The notes beneath the pieces are model-generated. The model was not told the origin of the DNA, made no database searches, and saw only the letters and a list, made by a program, of their open reading frames with translations. 64,000 nucleotides of DNA from the human T2T-CHM13v2.0 reference genome, Homo sapiens. The stretch's first letter is position 1; each line of letters starts with the position of its first letter. Positions 30,456 through 44,500 of the stretch are shown here, piece by piece. The stretch is taken from NCBI RefSeq assembly GCF_009914755.1, contig NC_060934.1; one strand, 5' to 3'. A program made the position numbers and the translations under genes.

Positions 30456-32319
30456 TAGATCTAATCTGGCATTAGATTTGCTAATCTAATACCAGAATAG
30501 TAAGTACAAAAATGACCTTAGTAAAAATATTTTTACAATTCAACCGTGGATACCATGGATGTTATTGCCCTCTTCTTGCCATGATAAACAATGGCGTTCT
30601 GCTTTAGATGATATTTTCATCATACATTCAACATTTGGAGTTTCACTGTGTTCTAGCCTCACTTTACAACTTCTATTTTGTGACTTTTCTTACTTCTCAC
30701 CTGCTCCTCTGTAGGCGAGTACAGCAAATTTGTGCAAAGACCAAAAAAAAAAAAAAAAAAAAAAAAAGAGGCTTTGCTTGCTTTTTCTCTGCATGGCAAC
30801 AGGCATGACATTTGATCTGACACAGGGATTAAGTCATTCATGAGTGGAGCCCAAAGGGAGGAACAGCTCCAAAAAGCAACCAGGCTCGCTGGTACTACAA
30901 CATCCAGAAATTCACAGTCGCTTCTGCTACAGTTATAATTTGTAGTCTGTCTGGCACTGAGAAATCTAACTGCAGTCTCTGTGGTTTAAATAAAATGTAT
31001 GTAGAGCAGCTTGGAGCCATGTTTTAAAATGTTCCATGTTATTTTAGTTCAAGGACAAGCTTTTAAAATTTAAAAAAACCTTTGGCTTTAATGATAGATT
31101 AAAAGTGAAAGTTGTTTTAAAGGAATGTCATTGAGTCCCATTGTTAGAGAAAGCGCTTGACATTTTTTAAAATTAATTATTCTCTTAAAGTAACAATCTT
31201 CATTAATACAAGATGATCAAAAACAGAGTATGTACTCCCTCATCAAGACAACATTTTTGTGGTTTCGAAACTATGGTAGTCACAGTTTGCCCACTTAGTA
31301 TTATATTTTCCAGTGATTTCAGTTATATTTTACAACCAGGATGCAATATTTTAATAGCCGTTACTGCTGACACAATGACAGACTCAACCAAAGGAAGCTG
31401 ATATTTCTGGTTAACATGAAATGTAAGAAAAACTCAGTATCTTAGAACCTAAACTTATGAAACAGAAGTTGACTTATGCTGTACATATAACAAAACGATT
31501 TATGGCAAGATTAGTTTAAAACACCAAGTGTCTGCTCTGTCCTTAAACCTTGATTAGATGTAAACCTTTTGTTTTTGGAATGTATCTATTCTGAAAATCA
31601 AGGTGCAACTTTATTTTCTGTGGATTTACAGAGTGATGTGAAGTAAAGGGTGTAAGTCGAATCTACAGGCAGGGGCAGTGACTGAGGGCCTGGACCCTAG
31701 ACCCCAGGCAGGGTCTCTCTTCCTTTCCTGCCTTTGGCATTCTGAGGCCACTCAGATCTTTAGGCCATAGGAAGGAACTTGACTGCAGTCTTGTTTTCTT
31801 AACAGACTTGCTGTCCCTTTCAAAGGAGCAGCTCTCCCCACTAATAAGGAGCCTGTAACCCTTGTTCCATGCAATTGCTGTACTTTCCTTTATCATAGTT
31901 TTGGCCTCCATGGCTCTCAGGAGAATTGCTGCAGGCAGACAGATGCTTGCTTTGCCCTGGACACTGTGTTATGTTGCTGGAGTCCCTCTCCTCTCTACAG
32001 AGATGTTCAGTGTTCTCTCCTGGGATTCTAAGACCAAAATGCCACCGGCCTGTGCTACAGAGAAGGCTTGGTCCTAATGGCATTCTCTCCAGCCTCAAAT
32101 GCTCACAGTGGCACTCCGGGAGAAAGGATCTGAAGTAAGACGAAGGAGGGATGAAATAAATTTTAGACTGAAGGTTGTTACTGAAGATGAGGGTGCTACG
32201 TGGCTGATCCTAATCTTCTAGAATGAGGAAAGGATTAGGATGGCCTGGAGAAGCCAAGGACTCTCCCTGCAAACTCTCTCACACTGTTAATCCCCTCAGA
32301 GATTTAGAAATTCTGCCTT

Positions 32320-32990
32320 CAAAATACCCTGTGGGAAATGAGGATAATAAGGTACCTACTTCATGGGGTATTATGAGGCTTGAGTAAGAAAATACATGTA
32401 GGGCACTTAGTGCAGTGCCTGGCACAGGGATCCCTAGCTATTTTTGTCATTATTATGCCCTGGTATAAGCTATTTTGATGGTGCTCCTTTCATACTTTAC
32501 TGACGTCAGCTGCCTGAGATGAGAGCCTGCCATTCTCGATTGACAGATGGAAAACCACTTACTCCAGAAGATCGAAGGGCAGACAGAGGACCTATGGGAT
32601 GGGCTGGGGGCTGGGCATAGCATAAAGACATAGGTTGCTCTGGGCATAGTGGGAAAAAAAGGTAGAGGAAGACTTATAAAAGCAGGTCTAAGGATCTCTC
32701 AAAAATAAACTGCCATCTTTTCCCAGGATTGGGAAAAAGTAAAAGATAGTGCTGAAGAAGGTTTTAGAGTCAAACAGATATGAATTCGAATCATGGTTCT
32801 GCAACATCTCAGCTTATATGGGCACATTCTGCTATTTAAGTCTGTTCCCTCATCCTTAAAATAAGGATAGTAATATGTACATCACAGAGTTATTGTAAGG
32901 ACTAACTAAAATAATACATGCAAGTGTAGCACATAGCACAATGCCAGGCACATAGGAAATGCTTGATAAATAGCAGCCATTATTATGTGT
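32320..32990 (+). mobile_element. Two MIR fragments (about 32320-32430 and 32745-32990)
   Basis: aaatgaggataataaggtacctacttcatggg; ttccctcatccttaaaataaggatagtaat...caatgccaggcacatag. Confidence 0.65.
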
Positions 32991-33050
32991 GATAAACATT
33001 CATCATGCCATGGGGAATAATCTAGCCAGCTACCTTAGAAGCACATTGTC

Positions 33051-33196
33051 AGGCTACTAGGGAGGCTGAGGTGGGAGGATCACCTAAGCCCGGGAGGATG
33101 AGGCTGCAGTCAGTCATGATCATGCCACTGCACTTCAGCCTGGGTGACAGAGTCAGACTCTGTCTCAAAAAAAAAAAAGCAAAAAAAAAAAAAAAA
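33051..33196 (+). mobile_element. Alu right-arm fragment (FRAM/truncated AluJ)
   Basis: gctactagggaggctgaggtgggaggatcacc...ctcaaaa(A)n. Confidence 0.85.
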
Positions 33197-33531
33197 GCAC
33201 ACTGTCAATTGCCTGATGCTGGCCTGCATGTGAAAATGCCTACTTTATGTTATGAGATAAAATACAAGTAACCTTAAGGAAAGCAAGATTGACTGAATGG
33301 ATAAAGAGAACACGTGTTTTCTGTGCTCATATGTAAATAATTATGTAAATTTCAACTAACTTACTTAGACAGGATTTGATTACTCCATTTATAGATTAGC
33401 CATACCAAAAGCATTTAAAGCGGTACATTTTTTTGTACTTTATAAGCTCACACTCATCATAATGTTAATTGTCTAAACATTTGTGGTTGTACGGGCCAAA
33501 CCTTACCCAAATCCCGCTGCCACATGATCTA

Positions 33532-34100
33532 TGCTGGGGTAGGAAGAATTTTGCCCTCATGACTTTTCAACCTGGTATTACATCTGTGAATATGTTACAT
33601 TCCATGTTAAAAGGAACTATACAGATGTAATTAAGATGATCAATCAGTTGACCTTAAATAGGAAGATTATCTGGATGGGCTTGAGGTAATTACATGAACC
33701 CTTAAATGCAGAGCTTTTTCCTGGGGGAAGGCAGGGGGAGAAGTCAGAGAGGTTCAAGCCTGAGAAAGACTCAACATGTGGGTGTTAGTTTGAAAGTGCC
33801 AGGAGGCCACAAGGAAGGGAGTTGGGCAGCCTCTAGAAATTGAGAGGCAAGGAAATGTGGGTCTCAGTCCTATAGCCACAGGGAAATGAGCTGTGTCATT
33901 GGCCTGCATAAGCTTGTACGTGGGTTCTCTCTTAGAGCCCAGAATGACACCTTGATGTCATCCTGGTGAGACCCTGAGCAGAGAACCTAGCTATGCCATG
34001 CCAGACTTCCGACTTCCAGAACTTTGGGCTCATAAATGGGTGCTGTTTAAAGCTACAAAATTTGTGATGATTTGTTATGCAGCAAGAGAAAACTAATACA
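33532..34100 (+). mobile_element. MLT1-type MaLR solo LTR
   Basis: tgtgaatatgttac...cagatgtaattaag...tttgttatgcagcaagagaaaactaataca. Confidence 0.85.
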
Positions 34101-36447
34101 TATGCATTAAAAACTGTTCTCTGATTTATAACTGTAGTCATCAGTTTTCAACTTGACATTGTTAATGAATTCAGAAACCACATACTACATTCCTGACTGC
34201 TGCATGCAAGCTGTCTGTTCCTGGCCATGTAGGTACCATGATCTCAGGCTGGACGTCTGGCATTTCTCTTGCCCTTCTTAGCTGCAGAGGTTTCACTTAA
34301 TATGTTCGTAGAATATGTGTGTGGAGATGACATTGCCCATCAGCATCTCCAACAGGATATACAGAAACATTGGAAAAGAAAACCCTTCAAATTCCCCTAT
34401 TCCCAGGGAAAGCCTGGTGGAGGAGTATGCTGCAATTGTTAGCTAGAAATTAGGTCTGGATATTTGCTGTTTATGATTTTTGCCCAGTGGCGAGATCAAC
34501 TAGTGATAACATGTAAAACTCGACCTCATCAGCGTGATTTTAGCACCTTAAAGGATGAACCAGAGAACTAGCTCTATAATTCAGGGAAAGACCCATGCAG
34601 CATAACAGGGACTGCCTAACACAATGACGATAAGTGCCCTGCAAACAAAGGACTCTAGAAATATTAGTTACTCCACTGAAAGCTTGCTGCTCTTGGAAAG
34701 ATCTTGGGAACAGTGGCTTATTTTAAATTCGTTACTGTGTAAGCATCATAGTTTCCTCCTGCTGACAGATGAACAATCAACCTTATTCCTGAAGGAAGAA
34801 AGAAAACTCACAGAAAAATATTCTGTGGTCAGTTCACCACTGCTCAGGGACATAGAAGTATGGTGAAATACTCAGTCATCTCATTCACAGTCAAACAAAC
34901 CAACGAAGAATCTAAAGCGCTAAGCAAAGACAATACACTGTATTATTACTAAGAAGAAGAAGAAGAAAAAGAAGAAATAATAATGAAGGTATTAGAGGAA
35001 AGCAAAACTATTTTGACATTTTCACAATAAGCCAAATATGCAAATTTAAATATGTACTTTATTGATATGTTTTCAAAATATGATAATCTTTTCCCTCCCA
35101 TGGTTTTGTTTTATTTTGATGTATAATTTTAGTCAATTACATTTGTAGCGCTAGCGAAAATTATTAAAATAACCCAAGTACAAAAGGGTAAAAAAGCAAT
35201 ATGAAGCATATGATATTTAATTTTCCATTAATCAATAATTTTGCTTGAAGGAAATATTGGCAAGAAGGAGTGGAATTCTTAGCTCCTTGTTTTTACTTTA
35301 AAAAATCCCAGGAGTCCTCACTCAAAGAACCTAAGTTTTCCACTGGAAAGACAAAAAGAAAAGTCAGGTCTAGTGTGCTACAAGCTTAACGACATAGTAA
35401 AATAGTATCCACTTGGACTCCAGTCACATTTCAAAAGTACAGTACAGATTAGGTGCACAACTGCCAAGTAATAATATATCATATTATTATAATTATGGCT
35501 TTTTTTATTTAACTAAATTATATTTATCTCTTTATTCAAGCACCATAGTTCAGGAAGTCTTACCTATCACAATGCATCATGTTTTTGTACATGAAACCTA
35601 CCAGGAATGTTGCAACAATTCCCACTGCTCCATTGTGTGCACAGTTACTCTGTATTTATTATTCGTTGATATTCAGAATCTATGCTTAACTTTGAATGTG
35701 TGCAAATTCTCCATAAAAACTCTCAGAAGTAAGGAAAACATCTTTTACCATAAAATCATTTGCTAAAAGTCTGTGTTATAGAATTACCCTTTAAGAGGGG
35801 GTACTGAATAAGCTTTATTAATTTCTCTCTCGAAATCTCATTAAATTGCAAAATGTAAATTTGAAAACAAATACATGCTTAATGGGGCTCAAAAACAATA
35901 AAAGGTACCATTGCCAAGTCAGAAAAGTTGAGAAATTCATGGAAAGGAAAATACATATGGCATCAAGTTGGTGGGGAAATCCAAACTGGGAACCACAACT
36001 CAAAACAGGTGGAGGGCAAGACCGTGGAGAGTGTGAGCTGCTTCTCCCAACAGGGCACAGATGTTCCAAGTGCACAGTTCACAAAGAATAAGTAGCCTAC
36101 CAGGGGAATCAAGAAAATTATCAGTTACGAGACAGCTGTCAGAAGAGCTAGGGCATACCTCTTCTTCCTCTCTGAGTCCACAGAGAGCTTTCTGGGTCAT
36201 CTAACCGCAGCATAAAGCTGCTACAAATGCTCTTTAAATAGGTTAGGGGACCTGTCTAAGGGGGGTTCCTAGAAAAGGCTTTAAGGCCATTAAGAGGTAC
36301 AGAGTAGAGATTCTAGTAACTTCTGATCTCTACAGGGATCATAGCTGCTATGACAAAGTAGTGATAAGAAAAAAAAGATGTTCTTGGAGAATAAAAATAA
36401 GACACCAAACTTAAAAGAAAAACTGCAGTAGGAAAATTGATTTATAG

Positions 36448-36758
36448 GGCCAGGCATGTTGGCTCCCATCTGTCAATCTCAGAACTTTGGAAGACCAAGG
36501 TAGCAGGACTGCTTGAGGCCATGAGTTTGAGAGCAGCCTGGGCAACATAGTAAGACTCCCATCTCAACAAAAAAAATTTTAAAATTAGCTGGGCATGGTG
36601 GCACATGCCTGTAATCCCAGCTACTCTCGAGGCCCAAGGTAGGAGGATTGTTTGAGCCCAGGAGTTTGAGGCTGATGTGAGCTATGATTGTGCCACTGCA
36701 CTCCAGCCTGGGCAACAGAGTCTCAAAAAAAAAAAAAAAAAGAGAGAGAGAGAGAAAA
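36448..36758 (+). mobile_element. AluJ with A/(AG)n tail
   Basis: TSD-like aaaattgattta/aaagttgattaa. Confidence 0.9.
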
Positions 36759-38087
36759 AGTTGATTAAAGTATGAATGGGGGAAAAGTTAAAGACCAAAT
36801 TATTAATAATAATCTAGAAGATAAAGCTAAAACTGTTCAGAAAATGGAGGAGAAAGATGAGAAACATAAGAGGAAAAGTAGAGAACCAAGGAATCTCAGG
36901 CTAAGATCCTTTCACAAGTGAATTCTTTTAAACTTTCAAGGCATCAGGAAGAGCTAATGCTAACTTTATTTAAAATTTCCTAGCATAGAAAAAGATAAAA
37001 TACATTCCAGCTCATTCAATAAGCCTAACATAACTCTAATACTAAAACTGTGCAAGGAGACCATTAGGAAAAAAAAAAAGAAAGCTAAAGACAAATCTCA
37101 GTTAAGAATTTTGATGCAAAATTATTAAATAATGTTAATAAAGTGAATCCAGAAATATATTAAAAGAATATTATATTGATATGGAATAAAAACTTTCCCA
37201 AGAATTCAAGGATGATTAAGCATTAGGAAATGTACTACTGTAAATAACTTAAATAGATTAAAAGAGGACAACTAGATGACAATCTTAAAAACTATAGATA
37301 CAGCAGTTTGTTGTAAATGCAATGACCTATTCAGTTAAGTGTGTGGTTGGGGAGATATCTTATTAAATAATCTAGGAATGGAAAGAGAATGCCTTAACTC
37401 AATAAAGTGATTACACCAGAAACCTTCTGCAAACATTATACTCTATGGTAAAATATGAGACAAATTCTCATTAATGTGTGTTATTACTGCTGTGAGTCAA
37501 TGATGTTTTGTAGGACCTGGCCAACATGATGCAATAAATGGAGAGAGGAAGGAAGGGAAAGAGAAGGAGAGTAAATACACAAAACTTACTATCTGAAGAT
37601 GAGATACTTGTGTACTTGAACAATGGAACTAGATATAAGAAAAATATACAAAATGCAACAGCTTTCCCGTATATCCATTATAGCTATTATTGAAAAGAAC
37701 TCATCTGCAATAGAAACAATAAGAACAACAAATAAAAATCCAGAAATTAACCTAATGAGAAATATCCCAACCCTACGTAAGGAAAACTGTAAAAACTAAA
37801 AAGATGACCAGAATAAATGGAGAAATCTGCCATGCCCTCAGTGGGAAGATTTGATATAAATATCATGGACAAAAATATTCTCCAAACTAACATTTAAAGT
37901 CAATGAAATCCCAAATTAACTTCTAACAAGAGTTTTTAAAATAGAATTATCAAACTTAAAGTTCTACTAGAACAATAAATTCAAGGACCTAGATGAGAAT
38001 ATTTTGAAAAAAAAAATGGAAGTAGACATACCCTGTCATACATCAAAATGGACAATAAAACTACACTCATGAAAATGGTACGCTATT

Positions 38088-38541
38088 CTGTTCACAATAG
38101 GAAACACATGGAACCAACCCAAATGCCCATCAATGATAGACTGGATAAAGGAAATGTGGTACATATACACCATGGAATACTATGCACCCATAAAAAGAAA
38201 TGCGATAATGTCCTTTGCAGGGACACGCATGGAGCTGGAAGCCATTAGCCTTGGCAAACTAATGCAGGAACAGAAAACCAAACACAGCATGTTCTCTCTT
38301 ATAAGTGGGAGCTGAATAATGAGAACATGTGGACATAGGGAGGGTAACAACACACACTAGGGCCTGTCATGGGGAGATCAAGGGGAGGGAAAGCATCAGG
38401 AAAAATAGCTAAAGCATGTTGGGCTTAATACCTAGGTGAGGGGTTGACAGGTGCAGCAAACCACCACGGCACACGTTAACCTATGTAACAAATCTTCACA
38501 TCCTGCACATGTATCCCAGAACTTAAAATAAAAAGGAAATC
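38088..38541 (+). mobile_element. 5'-truncated L1PA 3' end
   Basis: ORF 38133-38315 is the L1 ORF2 C-terminus (DWIKEMWYIYTMEYY...SLISGS*). TSD-like aaatggtacgctatt/aaatgtcatgctatt. Confidence 0.92.
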
Positions 38542-39189
38542 AAATGTCATGCTATTAATATATGTTTAAGTTTGATAGAATACAATAGAGTCCAGAAATA
38601 GGCATACATATAAAGGAAGTCAGTATATAATGGGGGTAGTATTTCAAATCAATAAGGAAAGGTAGAAATATTCAGTAAAATGTGTTGGGACAATTGGCTG
38701 TTCATTTGGTGGAGAAAAAAGTAGTCTGATCATGATCTCATATAATTTACAAAAATAAATTGTAGGTAGATTATAAGTATATAACATGTACTTAAAATAA
38801 TAAAAATGTCAGAAAATATACTTCTGATAAAAATTATCAGAAAAGTTAAAATATAGCATACTTCTATAATCTTGGGAGAGATCTCCTAAAAATGACACAC
38901 GACATAAGGCAAGCATTGCCAGATGTAAACACGTGACATCTACCCTCTTGGCCTCCTACCCCATGGTCAGAGCCCAACACCCCCACTGGGCAGAGTCCTT
39001 TACCTGTCACCAGGGAGGTTTACTGGTGCCATGCTCCCCAATGCTCCTTTGCAATGTCCCTGTCTTGTGGCTCAGAGCCCAAGTTCTGTTCTAATAGAGA
39101 CATTGCGGTGTGCATTTAGCTATGACTTTCTATAAACTGTGGGCTTCCTTGTCTCTCTGTGCATTGCACAGAATTGCATGCTGTCAGAG

Positions 39190-39365
39190 ATGTAAGGTAC
39201 TTATGGATTATCTTGTCATACATCTTCGTTTTACAGCTAAAGGAACGAAAGCCATGATTAATAAAGGGACTTGCCTTAAAACACACACCCAGTTGCTAAC
39301 AGATCTGGCCAATACACAGAGCTGCTGATTTCTAAGGCATTGCTCTCTGCTCTGTCCACATTATA
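39190..39365 (-). mobile_element. MIR SINE fragment
   Basis: cttcgttttacagctaaaggaacgaaagcc...gggacttgccttaaaacacacacccag. Confidence 0.6.
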
Positions 39366-41499
39366 GCTTCCTGTGGTCTCATCTACAAGTGGATAATTTC
39401 GTGTAGGTAAGGAGGTTGGTTGGAGAGAAAACTGGGGCCCTACAAAGTCATTTTCCAAATCACAGTTGAAGGAGTGGGGACTTTACTATAATCAAAATAT
39501 ACATTTGATGTGTATTCCTTCAACCCAGCCTCTACCCAGACCTTTATGCTGTCATTTTAATGAAAGCATCTGAGAGACAACGTGAGGTCAAACATAGCAC
39601 AGATGGGTCATATGCCTCTACGGTTCTTCTCTGAGCTTCCTGTGAGCATTTCACTGAGTCTGTGTGTGTTAGGGGGTGGGGATTAGAATGGAATTTAAGG
39701 GTTGGTAATATGTCGTGAAATCATAAAGTTGAGCTTTTTTATATTTTCCTAATGAGAGGAAAGTTATTGTAACTATAAACTAAATTTTACTGCTTCAATC
39801 ATAGTAACCATGAAATAGTCCTCGCACACCTTTCAAGATAGTTGAGAATTACTATTCCAGATGATTTATGCTTATACTTTTCCAAGCACATTTTAAGAAA
39901 AAAATATACATACAAAATTTTCTGAAAGAAAAAAGTACACAGTTGAAAGAAAAAAAGTGCACAGTTAGATAAGCTAGAGTCCCCATGGGTTGCTGCATAA
40001 ATATGAATTAGTGCCATATTTCTAAAAAGGTCTAAAATAAATGAACCCAGGAGACACCGTCAAAACTAAAACAAGACCAGTTGCACTAGTGACAAGGTTA
40101 TGAAGAAACTCCTTGACCCATCTGGATAGATTTAGCAGCTCAGAAGAGAATTCTAGGAGAAGAAAATATGGCAAGATCAGATGCAACCAGAACAACAATA
40201 AGAAAAAAATGGAAAACAATCATATCACTCAATCTTGGTTGCAAATTAGCAAAGGCTGTGTGGATTCCAACAGCCAGCCACAATATTGCAACCATCCAGC
40301 TTCCTGCTAGGCTCAGGCATCACAGCAAAGACACTTGGCACCAAATAGCTTCTGGCTAGGAATTTTATGTTTAGAAATGTAAGCCCCAGTAACATTTAAG
40401 GAATTCTCTCCCTTGCCAGATAGCCATCCTCTTGCTCTGAAGCCATGTGACATACCACTTTGCCTTTTTGTGCATCTGTTGTCTACATCAGTGTAGAAAC
40501 TGGGAGGAGAGACTCTGAATTTTGGCCCTTAGCAAAAGGGTACATTTTAGTATCATGACTGTCTTGGCAGAACAGGGCATTCTTACTTGAAATGTCTCTG
40601 CCATACTGGGAGATTTGTTCACCATCACCTGAGACTGGCTCAGCTGAAAGGACTATCAGTTCTTAATACACAGGCAACTATGTGAAAACTTAAGGAGCAA
40701 GCTGTTTCTTGGAAATATCACTTTATGAATGGTTGTCTCTGACCACCTTTCAGCATTTTAAAAGGTTTCATTTTCATTTGAGTTCTGTTTTTCCATTTTA
40801 ATTTTGTATTACTAAAATATTCCTCTCTAAATCACATTGTAAAAAATGTTCTCTTTATTTAAATGAAAACTGATCAAAATTTTCATTTAAAACAAAAACA
40901 ACACACACACAAAAAAATAAAATTGTGTGTATGTGTGTGTAATAGGACCAAAAAGTGAACACAGTGTGTAAAAGATGTACATCTTCATCACTGTGTCAAA
41001 GATACTCAAAAGTACTGAAGTCAGTGGGCAAGTGGCAGTTTTTACCCCTATCTGCAGTCCAGCAGTTCCGGAAGACATGAAAAAAGTGCTTAAGAGAATC
41101 ATGGCCACTGCTAAGGTGCTGCCCAAAACCATGAGCCTGTGAAGTCTAAACTTCAACTTTGCTTTGTTTGGTTGTGTGACCTGAGCAAATGCTAAAAGTG
41201 AATTTCACCCTGTAGCACCTCCTACTGGGCTTGGAAAAACAGTTACTGACTCACTTTGGGGAAGACTCCAAACTGTTAAAATTAGAGTGGTGTTGCTGCT
41301 TCAAACTGAGACTAATCTATCTCCTCAAAACCACTTTCAAACTGGGTTGTCATCCCTCAAATTGTTTCTGGCCACTTCCTGGTAATAACTTCAATGTCTC
41401 CAGTGTTATGTACAAGGCAGAGGGGAGATGCCACCGATCGTCTTCAAAAGCGACCTTGTTTTTCCAACTATGTTCGATTTCTATTACTGCTACTACTAC

Positions 41500-41501
<2 letters not shown>

Positions 41502-41539
<38 letters not shown>
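41502..41539. repeat. (AC)n microsatellite preceded by (CTA)n
   Basis: Read directly. Confidence 0.95.
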
Positions 41540-41541
<2 letters not shown>

Positions 41542-44500
41542 CGCAGAAACCTTTGGCCACCAGTATTAATGGTGTGGGATCTTCTGCAAACCATTTCTAT
41601 TTCCCATAATAACCAAAGATGATCCGTAGGTACTGTATGGCTATTACAACCCACAATTTATAATATCAACTTGTGTAAAAACCTTTCCACTCTAGCTATT
41701 AAAAGAGAGAAACTTTTAGAAATGCACACACACATACTCCAAGTTCTCAAAAGTTCAACACTAATGATTTAAGTATTTTTTAAGTAAAAGTCATTTAAGT
41801 ACCTGAAGCTGCCAAAAACCGTTAGACTTACTGTACAAAGGATCAGGATCACATCTCCAAGCAACAGAGAAACTCATAGCCAAAAGTGAACATTTTCAGG
41901 GACTTGTATAGAGGTTAAAGCAATTTCCTAACCTGAAAAATAAGGGATTGATCTGGAAGATCCTTTAAAAGCTGATTGCTGGATTTACAAAAATCCCTGT
42001 CTATTTACTTCTTTAGTACAATGAAACAGAGAAATTGGGTAACGGAAGCTGTCAAAGAGGAAAGAGAGAAAAAGTTCATTACGCAGCTGTTATTTAAACA
42101 CACCACCCTTCATTTAAACTGAAAACTGAGAAAAATATTCAAATTTTGTGAAGGAAATTGGGCAAAGTGAACACATTTATTATTATATTTTTTCACTTCC
42201 TCAAAACTCACAATTATAAATGATATCATTTATAATGGAAAACAAGAAACCAGGCTTCCAAAATTAAAAGTACCAAAACTCTGGACTGGAAGAAAGCACA
42301 TATTTACCCTGTGTAAAAATTCTGTTACATCAACAAGACAAATTTTAACACAGAAAAATACCTTCTTAATTTTAGAAACAAAGTAGGGAGGCAGAAAGGA
42401 AAAAACTAACTGCAACTAACAAAAAAAAAAAAGAAGGGAGAAAAGAAACCACTTCCATATTCATTAATTAGAATGTCTTGTTATTTTCATAGACAGTAAA
42501 AACTTCTTGAAATTCTTTTTAATCTTAGGCCACAGAAGCATCAATGGATCATATTTGGTCTCGTCAGTGTATAAAGCATTTACAAACCTAACTAAATATA
42601 GAATTAATGGGAGTTACGTGCTTATATTCCTTATACATAGGAGAAGAAAGAAAAGGACCCCTTTATGCCAGCTTTGAGTTTGGCTTGATTTTTTACGACT
42701 TATTTAGAAGCCCTAGGGAATGAGAAAGTCTCTTAATGGAAATACTGACACAGTCTTAAATATAGTGACATGAACAAGCACTTCTGTGAAGCTGCCCCGG
42801 GATGTGACTGACCACTGAAGCAAGTCTGAAATGCATTGAGTATCAGAAAGTCAATTATGATCAATTTGCTGATAAATATCAGTAGAACCATAATGCCAAA
42901 ATACAGAGAATGCCTTTGTAAGATCAAAACTTAACGTTGGTAAACTTGTTCTTAACAGGAAAATATCAGAAATGTATGGGATCTTTGCTCTTGCACATGG
43001 AGGAGAGAGAAAGTATAAAATTTCTGTATGGACTTTCTCCTATTCTCATATGCAGCTAAAAATAGTCATTCTTAAAAAGTCACAACTTTGACTTAGGGTT
43101 CTTGTCAACCCTGACAGTAAAGGTGGCATGCCGCAGGGTTTAAATGAGTGGGTTTAGATCTGTGCTTTATTTCTTAAGTCTCACCTCCAAAGTAGTAGTA
43201 TGCTACTAGGTAAACAATAAATCCCATTACTTAGTGAAGTCAAATTTGTAAAAGCTCCATTTGTTTTTATTTGTCTATCGGCTGTGCTTTTTATTCTTTG
43301 GTGGATTTTTTTTAAACTCTCTAAATTTTTCCATTTTTCATCCTTGCATTTCTCTGGAAGTCACTCCTTTACTTGAAAATCGATTTAGTTTCATTTTACT
43401 CTTTCTATGTTTTTCTTTTGACTCTCTTAAACATTTCATTGTTTTCAGCTTCATTGTTTAATTTTTTTTTTTTTTTACTTTACATTTTTCCTCTTTTTAA
43501 AACTTTTTTTAAACCAATTCAAGCTTATTCAGGACCCTTCCTCTTGTTCTGTTCACAGACACAGATCAACATATACTTAAGTAAATTTAAATGTTTTTTA
43601 TGATTTAAGGAGCAGACACACTAAATCATCAAAACACGAATTCATTCACTGAAGAAACATTTATAGAGTAAATACGTGAAAGACACGGTAATAAGCACTA
43701 GGGGAATTATAAAAATTAATACAGCACCATTTCAGGGCCTCCAGGAACTTTTAATATATATATACAAGGCAGTGAGAGCCAGTACCAAATGAAAGAGATA
43801 GGATGCGACTGCATTTCGGAAAACAATTTGCCCACATTCAGCCAAATATGAAATCAGTGTTGCTACATTTTTTAGGTACCACAACATAAAAGGACAAAAA
43901 TATCAGAAGCAAACACAACCCTAAAATATCTGTACAGTTTCTAGGCTAAACTGCCTCATACTTTCGATTTGTTTATAAGCTATATAGTATGATAGTGCGA
44001 GTCTCAGCATCTATCTACACGTAGGATTTTTCGGGCTCTCACGTGATACCAAATAACAGAGAAAAGTGAATGGAAAGCCACCCCTGAAGGAGCCAGCACA
44101 CAGCTCATGTTGCCAATATTTCTTTTTTCTTTTCTTGTCTTCCATTAATCTCTCAGTTCTTCACAATGGGTGAAACCCTGGTACAATTGCATTTGAATTT
44201 TTGCAAGTGAAGCCAGAAAGAAATGTAATTTTCAAACATCAAATTAATTTGAACTTCAGAAAGAATCCATGTCAATGTGTTTTGCTACAATCATCACTCA
44301 TAAATGTTTACTAAGAATCTATGGTATTCCGAATAGTGCTTAAGTTTTTATAATTCTATAGCAATCCCATGCATATTCAAAGGGTCAGCATTTGTATAAA
44401 TCTCATTTTAAAAGATTCTGCTTAGAAATAAGTAATTAGAAAAGTTCTCTTTTAAAAAGGCTGTCAGGAAGACAAGGCTCTTTATTCAAAGGAGTGAGGG

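Larger units (their letters stand above)
36350..38900 (+). mobile_element. Old L1M fragments hosting a nested Alu and an L1PA 3' end
   Basis: Degenerate A-rich ORF2-like sequence (aactttcaagg, ccagctcattcaat, aataaatggagaaat..ccatg). Confidence 0.7.
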
